A DNA stretch of 64,000 nt from Myxococcota bacterium. GTDB lineage: Bacteria; Myxococcota_A; UBA9160; SZUA-336. Below are positions 49,479 to 58,605 of this stretch, piece after piece (within the stretch, counting starts at the first letter, position 1; the number at the start of each line of letters is the position of its first letter). Where the stretch lies: NCBI GenBank assembly GCA_965247115.1, contig CBDFGR010000003.1:256001-320000 (forward strand). The letters run 5' to 3'. The notes beneath the pieces were generated by a model. The model did no database searches. It saw only the letters and a list, made by a program, of their open reading frames with translations, and was not told where the DNA came from. The position numbers and the translations under genes are program-made.

Positions 49479-50186
49479 ATGACGAGCTTTCCGAGCCACC
49501 TTCCGCATGGATCCCTGACTTCGGTCGTCGATGGCGTCTACTGCGTCCGTGGCTCGTTCGGGATGGGCCCCGGAGTGATCATCAGTAGAACGATGACCGT
49601 CGTGGACACCGCCGACGGACTCGTCGTGCTCAACGCGATCCGCCTATCGGACTCGGCGCAGGCCGAGCTCGACGCACTGGGGCAGGTGAAGCACCTGGTC
49701 AAGCTGAGCGACTCGCACTCGATCGACGAGCCGTTCTACGCCGACCGCTACAAGCCTGCAGTCTGGTCACTCCCGGGAGCGGCGATGGACCATCTCAGTG
49801 TCGACCGCTCTCTCGCACAGGAGGGTCCGGTCGCCGGTGGTGTCGTCGTCGACTACGGCGAAACGCAAGGCTGGCGCGAGGGTGCGTATCTGGTTCCCAT
49901 GGGTGGCGGCACGCTGGTGACCTGCGACGCGATCGGGAATTACGCAGATACCGAACGCGCGTCCTTCCTCGGCCGCGTCCTTACATCCCTGATGGGATTC
50001 AAGGGCGGGGTGGTCGTTCCGCCGATGTGGAGGCGCTTCCAAAAGCTCAAGGGGCCACGCGTTGCCGAGACCCTTTCGGGCCTGGCGGATCTCTCGTTCG
50101 CGAATCTCGTGACGGGGCACGGCCCTCCGGTCGTGGGTGGAGCCGATGCCCTGGTCCGCTCGGCAATCGAGCGCGCCTCTACCTGA
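49479..50186 (+). CDS. Metallo-beta-lactamase-fold protein (DUF4336-like)
   Basis: SRTMTVV, LDALGQVKHLV, H.ID, LVTCD, VTGHG. Confidence 0.7.
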   Translation: MTSFPSHLPHGSLTSVVDGVYCVRGSFGMGPGVIISRTMTVVDTADGLVVLNAIRLSDSAQAELDALGQVKHLVKLSDSHSIDEPFYADRYKPAVWSLPGAAMDHLSVDRSLAQEGPVAGGVVVDYGETQGWREGAYLVPMGGGTLVTCDAIGNYADTERASFLGRVLTSLMGFKGGVVVPPMWRRFQKLKGPRVAETLSGLADLSFANLVTGHGPPVVGGADALVRSAIERAST

Positions 50187-50236
50187 GCTGCAAACAACCC
50201 GTCCGGGTCCTAAGCCCCGAGGCTGTACGGCGACGG

Positions 50237-51751
50237 TCAGAACGCCCAGCGGACGGCCAGGTAGCCCAGGTAGCTCCAGTCGCCCCGCCGCGGGCCAAAC
50301 GCACGGGCCGCCCGGAATCCCGAGACGACGAGCTGGAGCTCGAAGCGCTCCCACTCCTCGATCGCCAGCACCAGGTCGATCTCCTGTCCCAGGTCGCGAT
50401 CGGCCCCGGTGAGCTCGACCTCCAGGAGGGAATCGCGCAGAGAGGACGCGGGCTCCACCTGGCGGTAGCGGTGGTAGACCAGATCGAGGGAGCTCGATTG
50501 GAGGAGCGAGAAGCCCACGCCGACGGTCGAGACCGCAAGGTTCGAGAGCTCGGGGTCGAGCAGCACCCCGTAGCGGCCGAAGCGTTCGACACCCCCGAAG
50601 CCGGACTCGTTCGACTGAATGCCCGTCTGGCGAAACGAGCGGTCCGCGCCGTTGTCAGGGGTCGAGTCGCCAGAGCCGAACGCGTAGCCCCCGAAGACGC
50701 GCGGCTCCCAGGCGAGCGGCAGCATCCAGCTCAGGCCCACGTCCATGGCCCAGCCGCTCACGTCCCGTCGGGTGACACCCTGCGCCTGGCTCCTGTCTGG
50801 CGATAGCGCCTCGAACTCGATCAGGCGCTCCTCCCCTCGAACCGTCGCCGTGTCGAGCCAGTAGCCCAGGATTCCCCGCGAGCGGAGATCCATCACGCCC
50901 GTGAGCCGTGCACCGAGCCAGGTCAGCCGGGCGTCCGATTCGTCCTCGCGCTCGTCAGACACGATCTCGCCCACGCGCTCGCTGGACGAGTGATCGTTCT
51001 GATACAGCATGGTGAGCTCGAGCGCGTGGTTCGGACGCCAGTCCCACGAGACCTCGCCAAACAATCGCAGGACCCGGTCGTGCTGGGGGTCCACGTGATC
51101 GTGATCCGATCGGGCCGGCGCAAGCTCGCGCGCTAGGGCCAGTGAGAGCTCGAAGGCCTCCGTCTCGTAGGCAACCCGAACCGCGTCGAGCTCTTCGTCC
51201 CACCACCAGGTCCGGTCGTCCTCGAAGTCGAGCCGACCCAGGTCCAGGTTCACGTGGGTACCGGCGATGCCCTCGGTGTAGAGCCACATCTCGCCGCGCT
51301 CCAGGTAGTAGTCGGAGAGCTCCTCGAGGCCGTCATCCAGAAGATCCTGCTCGAGCTGACCGCGGAGCTGCCCGAAGAGCGAGAGAGAGGTGCCGAAGCT
51401 GTAGAACACCTCCAGCTCGAAGCCGTGCGCCAGCAGCAGCCGATCCGGCTCCTGGACCCCGCTTCCCATGACCTGTCGCCGGATGCTCGCGAGCTCGAAC
51501 TCGTACTGGCCACTCACGGTCAGGGGCCGCCCTGCGAGGTCCCTGCTCCAGGGTGTCTTGGGTCGCCGCTTGTCCTCGCGCTCCGTGAGCCGCTCTCTGA
51601 GATCCACGTCCCCGACGGTGGGCGCCGGCTCCGGCGGGCTAGCTGAGGGCTCGGCAGCGGCCACAGCTCCCGACAGCCCCCAGGAGGCCAGTGCGAGCGT
51701 GCATAACAGGTAGGGGCGAAACGAACCGCCTCGCACCCAGGCATCCCTCAC
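50237..51751 (-). CDS. Outer-membrane beta-barrel, alginate-export (AlgE-like) family
   Basis: Signal peptide, GR..FEDDR.WWWDEELDAVR, GYAFGSGD, FRQTGIQSN, PELSNL, terminal Phe; start uncertain. Confidence 0.8.
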   Translation of the reverse strand: MRDAWVRGGSFRPYLLCTLALASWGLSGAVAAAEPSASPPEPAPTVGDVDLRERLTEREDKRRPKTPWSRDLAGRPLTVSGQYEFELASIRRQVMGSGVQEPDRLLLAHGFELEVFYSFGTSLSLFGQLRGQLEQDLLDDGLEELSDYYLERGEMWLYTEGIAGTHVNLDLGRLDFEDDRTWWWDEELDAVRVAYETEAFELSLALARELAPARSDHDHVDPQHDRVLRLFGEVSWDWRPNHALELTMLYQNDHSSSERVGEIVSDEREDESDARLTWLGARLTGVMDLRSRGILGYWLDTATVRGEERLIEFEALSPDRSQAQGVTRRDVSGWAMDVGLSWMLPLAWEPRVFGGYAFGSGDSTPDNGADRSFRQTGIQSNESGFGGVERFGRYGVLLDPELSNLAVSTVGVGFSLLQSSSLDLVYHRYRQVEPASSLRDSLLEVELTGADRDLGQEIDLVLAIEEWERFELQLVVSGFRAARAFGPRRGDWSYLGYLAVRWAF

Positions 51752-51783
51752 TCTTCTGCCCCCCGAGGCCCTTGCCGCAGAAG

Positions 51784-52320
51784 CTATTCCAGGCCCTCGA
51801 TCGGTGCGAGCAGATCCTCCAGGAAGAACGCGGACAGCGCCGTTCGCCCCGTCAGGCCCCCTTTGGAGTAGATCGAGCGGGCCTGCTCCCGCACCGTGCG
51901 CTCGCTGACCCCGCGAACCACCGCAAGCTCCTTGTGACTCAGCCCCTTCAGGAGCAGGAGCGCCACCTGACACTCTGCCTCGGTCAGGCTCCAGCGCGTG
52001 AACTGCTTGTCGATCGCCTCTCCGAGACCGTTCAGGAGCGAGCGGGACTCGGAACGCCAGCGCTGCCCCTGCGCCCGCGCAATCTCGAGGTCCCGGATCA
52101 CCTGCACGTGCTCGTCACGCTGGCGTGCCGACACGCGAAACAACAGGACCACGCCAACGCTCGTCAGCACGATCGGCGTGATCTCGAGAAGCTCGAGAAG
52201 GAGGTCACCAGGCGTCGCGCCCGGCTCCTCAACCAGCTCGAGCCCGAGCAGCAGACCGACGCCCGCGATCACGGCCGCCAGTGCCCAGACCCTGGTGCGA
52301 GAATCGATGAGCTCGTTCAT
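51784..52320 (-). CDS. Membrane-anchored LuxR-type HTH regulator (paralogue 1)
   Basis: Two TM helices; WSLTEAE.QVALLLLKGLSHKELA..RGVSERTVREQARSIYSK. Confidence 0.88.
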   Translation of the reverse strand: MNELIDSRTRVWALAAVIAGVGLLLGLELVEEPGATPGDLLLELLEITPIVLTSVGVVLLFRVSARQRDEHVQVIRDLEIARAQGQRWRSESRSLLNGLGEAIDKQFTRWSLTEAECQVALLLLKGLSHKELAVVRGVSERTVREQARSIYSKGGLTGRTALSAFFLEDLLAPIEGLE

Positions 52321-52437
52321 TCGCCTGCTCCTGCGGAGAGCCACAGCAACGTCGCGCGAGAGCTCGTAGAGCGCCTCGCGAGTGGCGCCCAGTGTACCGC
52401 AGCTGGCGACGCTGCCCGCAGCGTCACCGGCGCTTCC

Positions 52438-52453
52438 TAGGTCATACCGCCTA
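52438..52453. promoter_or_regulatory. Candidate LuxR/NarL-type operator TAGG-N8-CCTA
   Basis: TAGGTCATACCGCCTA; 15/16 identical to the reverse complement of 54405-54420. Confidence 0.65.
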
Positions 52454-52590
52454 CGCCGCTGCCGTAGGCCACCGGGTCGATGCGTGGCCCTGCGCTTGTT
52501 CCGTAGAGCCTTCCTCGAGAGCCCGCACCCCAGCTCGCGCGAGAGCCGCGCGGACAGGCGCCAGGGCAGTCCAGACGAGGAGAAGAGATC

Positions 52591-53646
52591 ATGCTGCGAC
52601 ACAGCGCAACCCGGATGCTCGCGACGGCCGTCGCGATGGTCCTGCTGGCGGCGGGGGCAACCCTTGCGTGGGCCGACGACGACGATGACGATGACGATCG
52701 GGACGACGGGGGCATCTGCTCCACCACCGCGTCCCTCCAGCGCGACGCCTGCCGCTACGAGGTCAAGGACGACTTCTACGGCGCGCAGGCAATTTGCCTC
52801 CAGGTTCCCGAGCGACGAGAGCGGAGGACCTGCTTCCGCGAGGCCTACGCGGCGCGTCGCGAGGGGCGCGAGCTCTGTGGTGACCAGCTCCGAGCACGGA
52901 GAGACCTGTGTGGCCTCCTGGGCGAAGGGCGTTACGCCCCGGACTTCGGCCCGGACAACTTCGACGACGACTACACGGATCTGACGAGCCCGAACCCGTA
53001 CTTCCCCCTCACCATCGGGAACGTCTGGGAGTTCCAGGCCTCCGACGAGTCCAACCGGATCGAGGTGTTCGACAAGACCAAGCTCATCGAAGGAGTGACC
53101 TGCATCGTGCTGAACGATCTGGTCTTCGGCGAGGATATCTCCGAAGACACCGACGACTGGTTCGGCCAGCGCAAGGACGGAACGGTCGACTACTGCGGGG
53201 AGAGCGTGATGGACCAGGAGCTCTTCGAGGGCGACGTGCCCCTGGAGTTCGAGCTGGTCGCGATCGATGGCTCCTTCAAGGCGGGACGCGACGGCGACCT
53301 GTCGGGGACCATCATGCTGGGAATCCCGACCGTGGGCGTGACCTACCGCCAGGAGTGGTCCGCCGGAAACGCCGAGGACGCGGCCACCGTCGTCTCCACC
53401 ACCTACGACTACGGTGCCGACCCCGACCTCGACGAGTTCGCGATCCAGGAGCTCGTCGAGCTGCTGTGCGACGGCGACTGCGTCGTCACGCGCGAGGTCA
53501 CACCGATCGAGCCGGACGTACTGGACTACAAGTACTACGCGCCGGGAATCGGGATCTTCCTCGAAGTGAACCCCGGGACCGAGGAAGTCAATCAGCTGGT
53601 CGACTGCAACTTCGACCCGCGCTGCGACGACCTGCCACAGCCCTGA
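52591..53646 (+). CDS. Secreted, very acidic, Cys-containing hypothetical protein
   Basis: GAGGA RBS, signal peptide, poly-Asp tract, NPYFPL, EDTDDWF.Q..DG.V.Y.GE, YRQE, KYYAPGIG. Confidence 0.85.
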   Translation: MLRHSATRMLATAVAMVLLAAGATLAWADDDDDDDDRDDGGICSTTASLQRDACRYEVKDDFYGAQAICLQVPERRERRTCFREAYAARREGRELCGDQLRARRDLCGLLGEGRYAPDFGPDNFDDDYTDLTSPNPYFPLTIGNVWEFQASDESNRIEVFDKTKLIEGVTCIVLNDLVFGEDISEDTDDWFGQRKDGTVDYCGESVMDQELFEGDVPLEFELVAIDGSFKAGRDGDLSGTIMLGIPTVGVTYRQEWSAGNAEDAATVVSTTYDYGADPDLDEFAIQELVELLCDGDCVVTREVTPIEPDVLDYKYYAPGIGIFLEVNPGTEEVNQLVDCNFDPRCDDLPQP

Positions 53647-53679
53647 CGGGCTGAAACCCATCCCCCCGTAAGGCAGGTC

Positions 53680-53711
53680 CCCCCGCCCGACTTGGCGTTG
53701 TCGGGCGGGGG
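53680..53711. terminator. GC-rich hairpin between convergent genes
   Basis: 12-bp stem CCCCCGCCCGAC / GTCGGGCGGGGG with 8-nt loop; no strong U tract. Confidence 0.6.
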
Positions 53712-53738
53712 ATTCCGGTCCGCCTCCAAGCGCCTGGC

Positions 53739-54296
53739 TCAGGCGTGCAGGCGTCCGTTCGTGTAGGCCTGCGGCGCCGGGAGGAGATCCTCGAGGAAGT
53801 ACGCCGAGAAGCTGGTCCGACCCGGGAGGCCCGATTTCTGGTACACCGCACGGGCTTGATGGCGGACCGTGGCCCCCGTGGTTCCGCGCAGTCCCGCCAC
53901 CTCCGAGTGCGAGAAGCCCTTGAGCATGAGCAGTCCCACCTCTCGCTCGGCCTGGGTGAGCTGCCACTCTTCGAACTGCTTCTCGATCTCCTCTCCGAGC
54001 CCCGCAAGGTAGCTCTGGGCGCGGGTCCGCCAGGCGCGCCCCTCGGCGCGTGCCATCTGGAGATCTCGAGTCAGCGTGTCCTTCTCGTCCGTTGCCGCTT
54101 GAAAGCGGCCCGTCAGAAGCGTCACCCCCGTCGCCGAGGCCACGATCAGCGCCGTACTCAGCGCATCGGCGAGGAAGTCGCCCAGCTCGATCGGATCGTC
54201 CTCGGTCACCACCTCCAGTCCGATCAGGAGCAAGAACGCGCCCACTCCCAGCACGGCCCAGCGCTTCCGGATCGATTCTTCTGTCAGCATCGCCAT
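53739..54296 (-). CDS. Membrane-anchored LuxR-type HTH regulator (paralogue 2)
   Basis: Two TM helices; WQLTQAEREVGLLMLKGFSHSEVA.LRGT..ATVRHQARAVYQK. Confidence 0.88.
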   Translation of the reverse strand: MAMLTEESIRKRWAVLGVGAFLLLIGLEVVTEDDPIELGDFLADALSTALIVASATGVTLLTGRFQAATDEKDTLTRDLQMARAEGRAWRTRAQSYLAGLGEEIEKQFEEWQLTQAEREVGLLMLKGFSHSEVAGLRGTTGATVRHQARAVYQKSGLPGRTSFSAYFLEDLLPAPQAYTNGRLHA

Positions 54297-54404
54297 CTCT
54301 TACCCCACCTACTCCTGTCGTTGTGCTGGACGGGCGAGCGCGCCCCCGCGGCGTACACCCGAACCATCGCGAGAGTCCGTACCTCGCTCTACACGGGTCG
54401 TCTA

Positions 54405-54420
54405 TAGGCGGTATGACGTA
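54405..54420. promoter_or_regulatory. Candidate LuxR/NarL-type operator, second copy
   Basis: TAGGCGGTATGACGTA, upstream of LuxR paralogue 2. Confidence 0.6.
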
Positions 54421-54471
54421 TGACAGCGCTGCGCAGCGCAAACGCGGCCAGCTACACCCGGTGGAGCGCCT

Positions 54472-55209
54472 TCAACCACTCCGATGGCGGCGGTAGATCT
54501 CGCGCACCCACTCGGCACCGGGGTGGTCGGCCCAGCCAGCGAGCCAGGCCCGGTTCTTCTCGGTGGGCGCATCCGGGGGACCGCCCCACTCTGCGACCGA
54601 GACGCACGGCATGAGCAATGCGGCGCATGTCAGGTCGGCCACCGTGAAGCGGTCGCCCACCAGGTAGCCCTTGGCGCCCGGCTCCTTCGCCACGAAGTCG
54701 AACGCCCCGCGCGTGATCTCGCGCGCGGCTGCGGCGCTCTCTGCATTGATCCCCATCTTGCTCTTCATGAGCCCGCCGACCAGCGGGAACACCGCGCGGT
54801 AGATCCCTCGAGCAATCCCACCCTGCCCCTCGCAAAACGTGGCGAGTGCGTAGTCCGCCTCCATCACCTCATAGAACTTGGCAAGGCGCACCGCCGGACC
54901 GACCTCGTCGTCCCAGCGGTCCACAATGGCAAGGGCCCGCTCGCGTTCCGAGGCGTCTTCGGGAAAGAGCGCGGGCTCGGGAACGCTCCGCTCCAGGTGC
55001 TCGAGGATGGCAGTCGAGCCCGGCACCACCTGACCATCGTCCACGAGCGCGGGCGTCTGGGTCGCCCCGGTCAGCTTCTTCATCGTGCGCATGTGCGGGC
55101 CCGGCATGAGCGAGATGCGCTCGTGGCGCACCCCCTTCAGGTCGAGGCCCCAACGCGCCTTCTCGTTGAAGTGGGAACCCGAGAACTGGAACAGCTCGAC
55201 CTTGGCCAT
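54472..55209 (-). CDS. Glutathione S-transferase family protein
   Basis: SHFNEKARWGLDLKG, QTPAL, GSTAILEHLE, YLVGDRFTVADL. Confidence 0.9.
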   Translation of the reverse strand: MAKVELFQFSGSHFNEKARWGLDLKGVRHERISLMPGPHMRTMKKLTGATQTPALVDDGQVVPGSTAILEHLERSVPEPALFPEDASERERALAIVDRWDDEVGPAVRLAKFYEVMEADYALATFCEGQGGIARGIYRAVFPLVGGLMKSKMGINAESAAAAREITRGAFDFVAKEPGAKGYLVGDRFTVADLTCAALLMPCVSVAEWGGPPDAPTEKNRAWLAGWADHPGAEWVREIYRRHRSG

Positions 55210-55268
55210 GGTGCCTCCTCCACGAACGAAGACAGCGTAGATCGCCATGGTATGATAATCAACATCCA

Positions 55269-55835
55269 ATGCGATATGGGACGGCGCACAAGCAGAGGAC
55301 GCGAAAGCGGATCCTGGAGCGAGCGGCCGGGCTCTTCCGCCGCGAAGGCTACCAGGGTGCTGGCATCGATCGGATCATGGCCGCGGCCAATCTCACGCGC
55401 GGCGGCTTCTACGCCCACTTCTCGTCCAAAGCCGCCCTGTTCACCGAAGTGCTGGCCCAGGAGACGGACTTCTTGCGGCGCATGCGAGCCGCGTCGGACG
55501 CTCGCGAGGTGATTTCCGGCTACCTCGACCCGCGGAATCACGAGAAGGTCGCCCGCGGCTGCACCCTCGCCACGTTGACGAACGACGTGCCGCGCCGGGA
55601 CCGCGCAGCACGCGCTGCCTTCGCCGGACAGCTGGAACGCCTCTGCACCGAGTTCGAAGCCCACGTGCCCGCTGAGCTCCCCGATCGCCGCGCCCGCGCC
55701 CTCGAGGCCGTGGCCCTCTGCGTGGGCGGCATCAGCCTGGCCCGCGGAATCGGCAACAAGCGCCTGGCGCGCGAGGTGCTCGAGGCCTGCCGCAAGCGTG
55801 CCTGCGCCGCGGTCTCGAGCAATCGCGGCTGCTGA
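55269..55835 (+). CDS. TetR/AcrR family regulator
   Basis: TRKRILERAA.LFRREG...GIDRIMAAANLTRGGFYAHF.SK. Confidence 0.93.
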   Translation: MRYGTAHKQRTRKRILERAAGLFRREGYQGAGIDRIMAAANLTRGGFYAHFSSKAALFTEVLAQETDFLRRMRAASDAREVISGYLDPRNHEKVARGCTLATLTNDVPRRDRAARAAFAGQLERLCTEFEAHVPAELPDRRARALEAVALCVGGISLARGIGNKRLAREVLEACRKRACAAVSSNRGC

Positions 55836-55836
55836 C

Positions 55837-56661
55837 ATGCAGCCAACGAACACACCCCAGCCCGCAACCGAGCCGCCGTTCTTCAAAACCGCCGCTGTCC
55901 TTTGGGCCGGCGGCACGTTCGGGGTAGTCTCCATCCTTCCCTACGCCCTGAGCCTGCAGGGAGAGCAGCTCCACCAGGCCGTCGAGCAAACCGGACTCCC
56001 CGTCCCGGCAGTGCTTGCCATCTCGGTGGCGCAGGGCGCGGTGCTCCTCGCGCTGGCCGTCGCCGCCGGCCTTTGGGCCTCGCACCGGATCGGGCTTGGA
56101 GCGCCGCTCATCGCAGCGTGGCTGAACGGCATCCCATTCCCGGAAGGGACCCGACGAGCCCTGCGACAGGCGGCGCTCGTGGGAGTGCTCTGCGCCGCGG
56201 CCATCATCGCACTCGACCCGTTGATCTTCCTCCCGCTGGATCCGGACGGACTCGGCGCGCTGGAAGGAGCCAACCCCCCACCCTGGCAGGGACTCCTGGC
56301 CAGCTTCTATGGAGGGATCGCCGAGGAGCTCTACCTCCGCCTGTTCGTGCTTTCCCTGGTCGCGCTCGGGCTGCGAGCCCTGGGTCGCCTCGCAGGAGCA
56401 GCAGATCGAGAGTCTCTGCTACCCGGCTGGGCCTTCTGGGGAGCCAACCTCACTGCAGCGGCCCTCTTTGGACTGGGCCACCTGCCCGCCACGGCGGCCC
56501 TCCTCCCGATCACGCCGATCGTCGTCGCGCGCGCGGTCGCGCTCAACGGAGTAGCCGCGATCCCCTTCGGTTGGCTGTTCCGACGAAACGGCATCGAAGC
56601 CGCAATGGTCGCGCACTTCGCAGCCGACATCGTCCTGCACGTGATCCTGCCCCTGTTCTGA
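55837..56661 (+). CDS. CPBP (CAAX prenyl protease-like) intramembrane metalloprotease
   Basis: EELYLR, FGLGH, AMVAH motifs; multi-TM. Confidence 0.9.
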   Translation: MQPTNTPQPATEPPFFKTAAVLWAGGTFGVVSILPYALSLQGEQLHQAVEQTGLPVPAVLAISVAQGAVLLALAVAAGLWASHRIGLGAPLIAAWLNGIPFPEGTRRALRQAALVGVLCAAAIIALDPLIFLPLDPDGLGALEGANPPPWQGLLASFYGGIAEELYLRLFVLSLVALGLRALGRLAGAADRESLLPGWAFWGANLTAAALFGLGHLPATAALLPITPIVVARAVALNGVAAIPFGWLFRRNGIEAAMVAHFAADIVLHVILPLF

Positions 56662-56817
56662 GAAGCTACTCGGAAGAAGATCGTCAGGTCCTTCGCGAGC
56701 TGCACGTTCTGATCGAGGAAGATCTTCCGCACCTGCGAGTAATCTAGTCGAACCATCGCGCCACTGGATCCCCGCCCTGGTGATGTACACGAAAGACCAG
56801 TCCTCAAGCAGGACGTG

Positions 56818-58203
56818 CTACTCCGTCATCCAACCAATCGGAGTTCGAGCATGTCCATCCTGAATCGTCCAAAGGACATCGCGGAGAGAACCTAGATCAG
56901 CCAACGGATTACCTTCTACGATCAGGACATCCGCCCTCTTCCCAACAGCGATCGTACCTAACTCATCATCAAGGGAAAGCATCTCCGCGGGGGTCTGAGT
57001 TGCTGCAACAATTGCCTGCATGGGAGACATTCCGGCCTCACCCAAGAGTTCGATTTCGCGAATTGTCGTCGGTCCATGAAACATGTATGGGACAAAGCTG
57101 AATCCGGGTGAGTCGCTGCCAACCACGATCTTGGCACCAGCCTGCGAGAGTTGTAGCAGTGCCTCTTGCTGATTTCGCGTCCGGCTGGCGATTGCATCTT
57201 TATTGACTAGTGCTTGCCAGAGCCACAGCGCGATCGACTCTGGCAGCCAGGGCATCCCCAAGCCGATTATCCCAGATCGGACATGATCCAGTGCTCTCGG
57301 GTCCACGGCGCTGTCCAGCTCGAGGGTCGGAACAACTCCTGCGAGGTAGTCTTCGTCGAGCCGTTCCGGTACGAATTGAAGCATGTGTACCTCGTTCGCC
57401 GACAATGTTGTGACCACATACGTCCCGGCGAGTACGGTGCGACGGATTAGCGCTGGCGAAGGCAGGGACTCCTCGAAGCCGACATGAGTAAGCGCGTGCG
57501 CCCCTAACTGCAGCGCGAGGTTATGAGATTCCTCTGTACGACTGTGCACAAAGATGGGTAGTCCCCCAATCTGAGCACGTCTCCCGATCGCCGCTAAGAG
57601 CTCCTTGCTAGGAATGGGCAAAGCGCTGAAGGGGGACCATCCCCGTTCGATTAGGACCTTGATTCCCACTGTCCCTGACGACCTAGCCATTTCAAAGAAG
57701 TTATCAAGCTCCGAGATCTGCCCTACAGTCTGGCTAGCTCCCCACTCGTACCCTGCCGGCGTCGCGAGAGGCTGCCCCAGCGTGAGAAAGCGAGGTCCGT
57801 GGTTACCCGCAACAAGCCACTCTCGTATCGCTGCAGCTTGCTTTTGAGAGATTCCCGCGTCCAGCACTGTGGTCACTCCACAAGCTAGGTACGCTCGCAG
57901 GTGTTGCTGACGGAGACCAATGAGAGCGTCGGGCGAATCCTGCCGGAAGCTCGCCCCCGGTACGATCTCGAGATGGACGTGGGAATCGATGAGCCCCGGG
58001 AGGACAGTCGATCCGGAAGCATCGATTATCTCGGCGGAGCCCGACGACAGACTGGGGCCGATCTCGTGGATCCATCCGTCCCGGATCATTACGTCGGCAA
58101 AGATCGGAGCAGATCCCGCACCGTCGATCAGCCTGCCCCCTCGAACAAGCAGATCCGCGCCCCGGGAGTGCGAGGCCGATCCGATGAACGCGAGGGCGGC
58201 CAC
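56818..58203 (-). CDS. Metal-dependent amidohydrolase (imidazolonepropionase-like)
   Basis: PGLIDSHVH, GVTTVLD, VGSD, GTIAVGKRAD; codon usage more AT-rich; start uncertain. Confidence 0.9.
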   Translation of the reverse strand: MAALAFIGSASHSRGADLLVRGGRLIDGAGSAPIFADVMIRDGWIHEIGPSLSSGSAEIIDASGSTVLPGLIDSHVHLEIVPGASFRQDSPDALIGLRQQHLRAYLACGVTTVLDAGISQKQAAAIREWLVAGNHGPRFLTLGQPLATPAGYEWGASQTVGQISELDNFFEMARSSGTVGIKVLIERGWSPFSALPIPSKELLAAIGRRAQIGGLPIFVHSRTEESHNLALQLGAHALTHVGFEESLPSPALIRRTVLAGTYVVTTLSANEVHMLQFVPERLDEDYLAGVVPTLELDSAVDPRALDHVRSGIIGLGMPWLPESIALWLWQALVNKDAIASRTRNQQEALLQLSQAGAKIVVGSDSPGFSFVPYMFHGPTTIREIELLGEAGMSPMQAIVAATQTPAEMLSLDDELGTIAVGKRADVLIVEGNPLADLGSLRDVLWTIQDGHARTPIGWMTE

Positions 58204-58605
58204 CCACAGCCGCCCGAACTTTAGGGTCCTGAAGGTGAGACTCAGGGACAGGCAGTTAGCATTAGAGCAAGAGCCACCGACAGTACCGTGAAGACGTAGC
58301 GATCCACGTTGTTGTCCTTCTTGTCACTTCTGGCGTGCGCCGGAAGTCTACCCTACCCACACTTGAATATCGGGATTAAGCTGTAGGAGCCCCTGCAGAG
58401 CCGTCCGGAAGACCTAACGCCACAATCCCAGTCTACCCATGATCAGAGTTCTGCTCGGGGACCAAGAGAACCAGCGTAGAGGCCTGGTACCGTTCGCTGG
58501 AAGAGCAAGGAAACTTGCTCTTGCTCCCCCTGGTCGTCTTGCCCTCCGTCACGCGCGATGTGTACGCAGCGACCACCATCAGCACGGTGAGAGTGAGAGC
58601 CAGCG

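Noticed and set aside
52675..52707. GAC/GAT trinucleotide run
   Set aside because: In-frame poly-Asp coding sequence with mixed codons, not a contingency repeat.
51784..54441. 885-aa minus-strand ORF
   Set aside because: Only its last 178 aa are a real LuxR gene; the rest is antisense or off-frame to real genes, as expected in high-GC DNA.
55252..55265. Imperfect palindrome ATGATAATCAACAT as the TetR operator
   Set aside because: Plausible position between divergent genes, but a single weak copy; not enough to call.
55837..56661. CPBP ('Abi'-named) protease as an abortive-infection gene
   Set aside because: The family name is historical; here it follows a TetR gene with genome-like composition and nothing indicates defence.
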